Part shown: positions 63,657 to 64,000 of the stretch, piece after piece
Numbering within the stretch: position 1 is the stretch's first letter
Layout of the letters: each line of letters starts with the position of its first letter
Translations under genes and position numbers: made by a program
The notes under the pieces: model-generated
Databases searched by the model: none
What the model was told of the DNA's origin: nothing
What the model saw: the letters and a program-made list of their open reading frames with translations, nothing else
NCBI GenBank assembly: GCA_017523925.1
Contig: JAFWVQ010000011.1
Span: 32,731 to 96,730 of the forward strand
DNA length: 64,000 bases
Direction: 5' to 3'
Source: Clostridia bacterium
GTDB lineage: Bacteria > Bacillota > Clostridia > Christensenellales > CAG-138

Positions 63657-64000
63657 TTGGCACACAGGCTGAGCGAAAACGAAAGAAGGACCGTTGAGCT
63701 GATACGGCGGCGTGACGAGGGCGGCATGGATGCGCTGCTTAAGTTTTTCGCGCCCCTGATACGCTACGTCGCCGAGCCGATCGCCGGGGAAGCGGAGGCG
63801 GAGGACTGCCTACAGGAGACCGCGCTGCGCGTATGGGAGCGGATAGAGGCCTTCGATGAAAGGAAGGGCTCGTTCAAGGTCTGGCTGACCGCGATAGCGA
63901 GGAACGCCGCGCTCGATCGGGCGCGAAGGCGAAAGCGCGAGGAGGCGGGCGAGGCGGATGAGAGCATACCGGACACCGCGCCAACCGCCGATGAGCTTCT
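63657..64000 (+). CDS. Sigma-70 family (ECF-type) RNA polymerase sigma factor, 3' end outside the window; start uncertain (TTG 63657 or GTG 63618)
   Basis: My own translation of the open frame is LAHRLSENERRTVELIRRRDEGGMDALLKFFAPLIRYVAEPIAGEAEAEDCLQETALRVWERIEAFDERKGSFKVWLTAIARNAALDRARRRKRE. This is a region 2-type sequence. The ORF is absent from the supplied track because it has no stop within the window. Confidence 0.7.
   Translation, partial: MAHRLSENERRTVELIRRRDEGGMDALLKFFAPLIRYVAEPIAGEAEAEDCLQETALRVWERIEAFDERKGSFKVWLTAIARNAALDRARRRKREEAGEADESIPDTAPTADEL

Overview
By eye this is a high-GC Firmicutes/Clostridia chromosomal segment (dockerin, spmAB, rny, AddAB, ECF-type FolT) that looks origin-proximal. 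It carries soj-spo0J with two perfect parS sites, mnmG-rsmG, tilS-hpt, and dnaN preceded by an oriC-like module (DnaA boxes, GC cluster, DnaA-trio-like triplets, AT tract) but with no dnaA gene next to it. A second cluster of five perfect DnaA boxes lies 41 kb away. I support about 50 protein-coding genes, one frameshifted transporter pseudogene, a THF riboswitch in front of folT-folC, a MerR-type operator/promoter, several sigma-A promoters and several terminators. I saw no rRNA, tRNA, CRISPR array, integrase or transposase. The top candidate for a new system is a monocistronic 1083-aa gene (9322..12573, minus strand) encoding TIR + NACHT-type STAND NTPase + ten BspA-type leucine-rich repeats. 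This is the domain order of plant TNL immune receptors, and the gene has its own promoter and terminator, so it is a candidate bacterial NLR-like antiphage or NAD-depleting sensor. The second notable signal is a dispersed modular intergenic repeat family at 9 loci (~3 kb, ~5% of the window). It is built from heptamer arrays, a core hairpin whose stem co-varies, a conserved GGGGAAGG hairpin, and tandem mini-hairpin arrays. Other oddities are addB and addA separated by 17.5 kb, a fusion of two RluA pseudouridine-synthase domains, a 597-aa AlaRS lacking C-Ala and any T-box, an in-frame TAG splitting a MerR-family gene, and several short tandem repeats in leaders. Limits: no database or structure searches were possible. 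All functional calls rest on motif recognition in the supplied translations, repeat boundaries are approximate (+-10-20 bp), and GC content was judged by eye.
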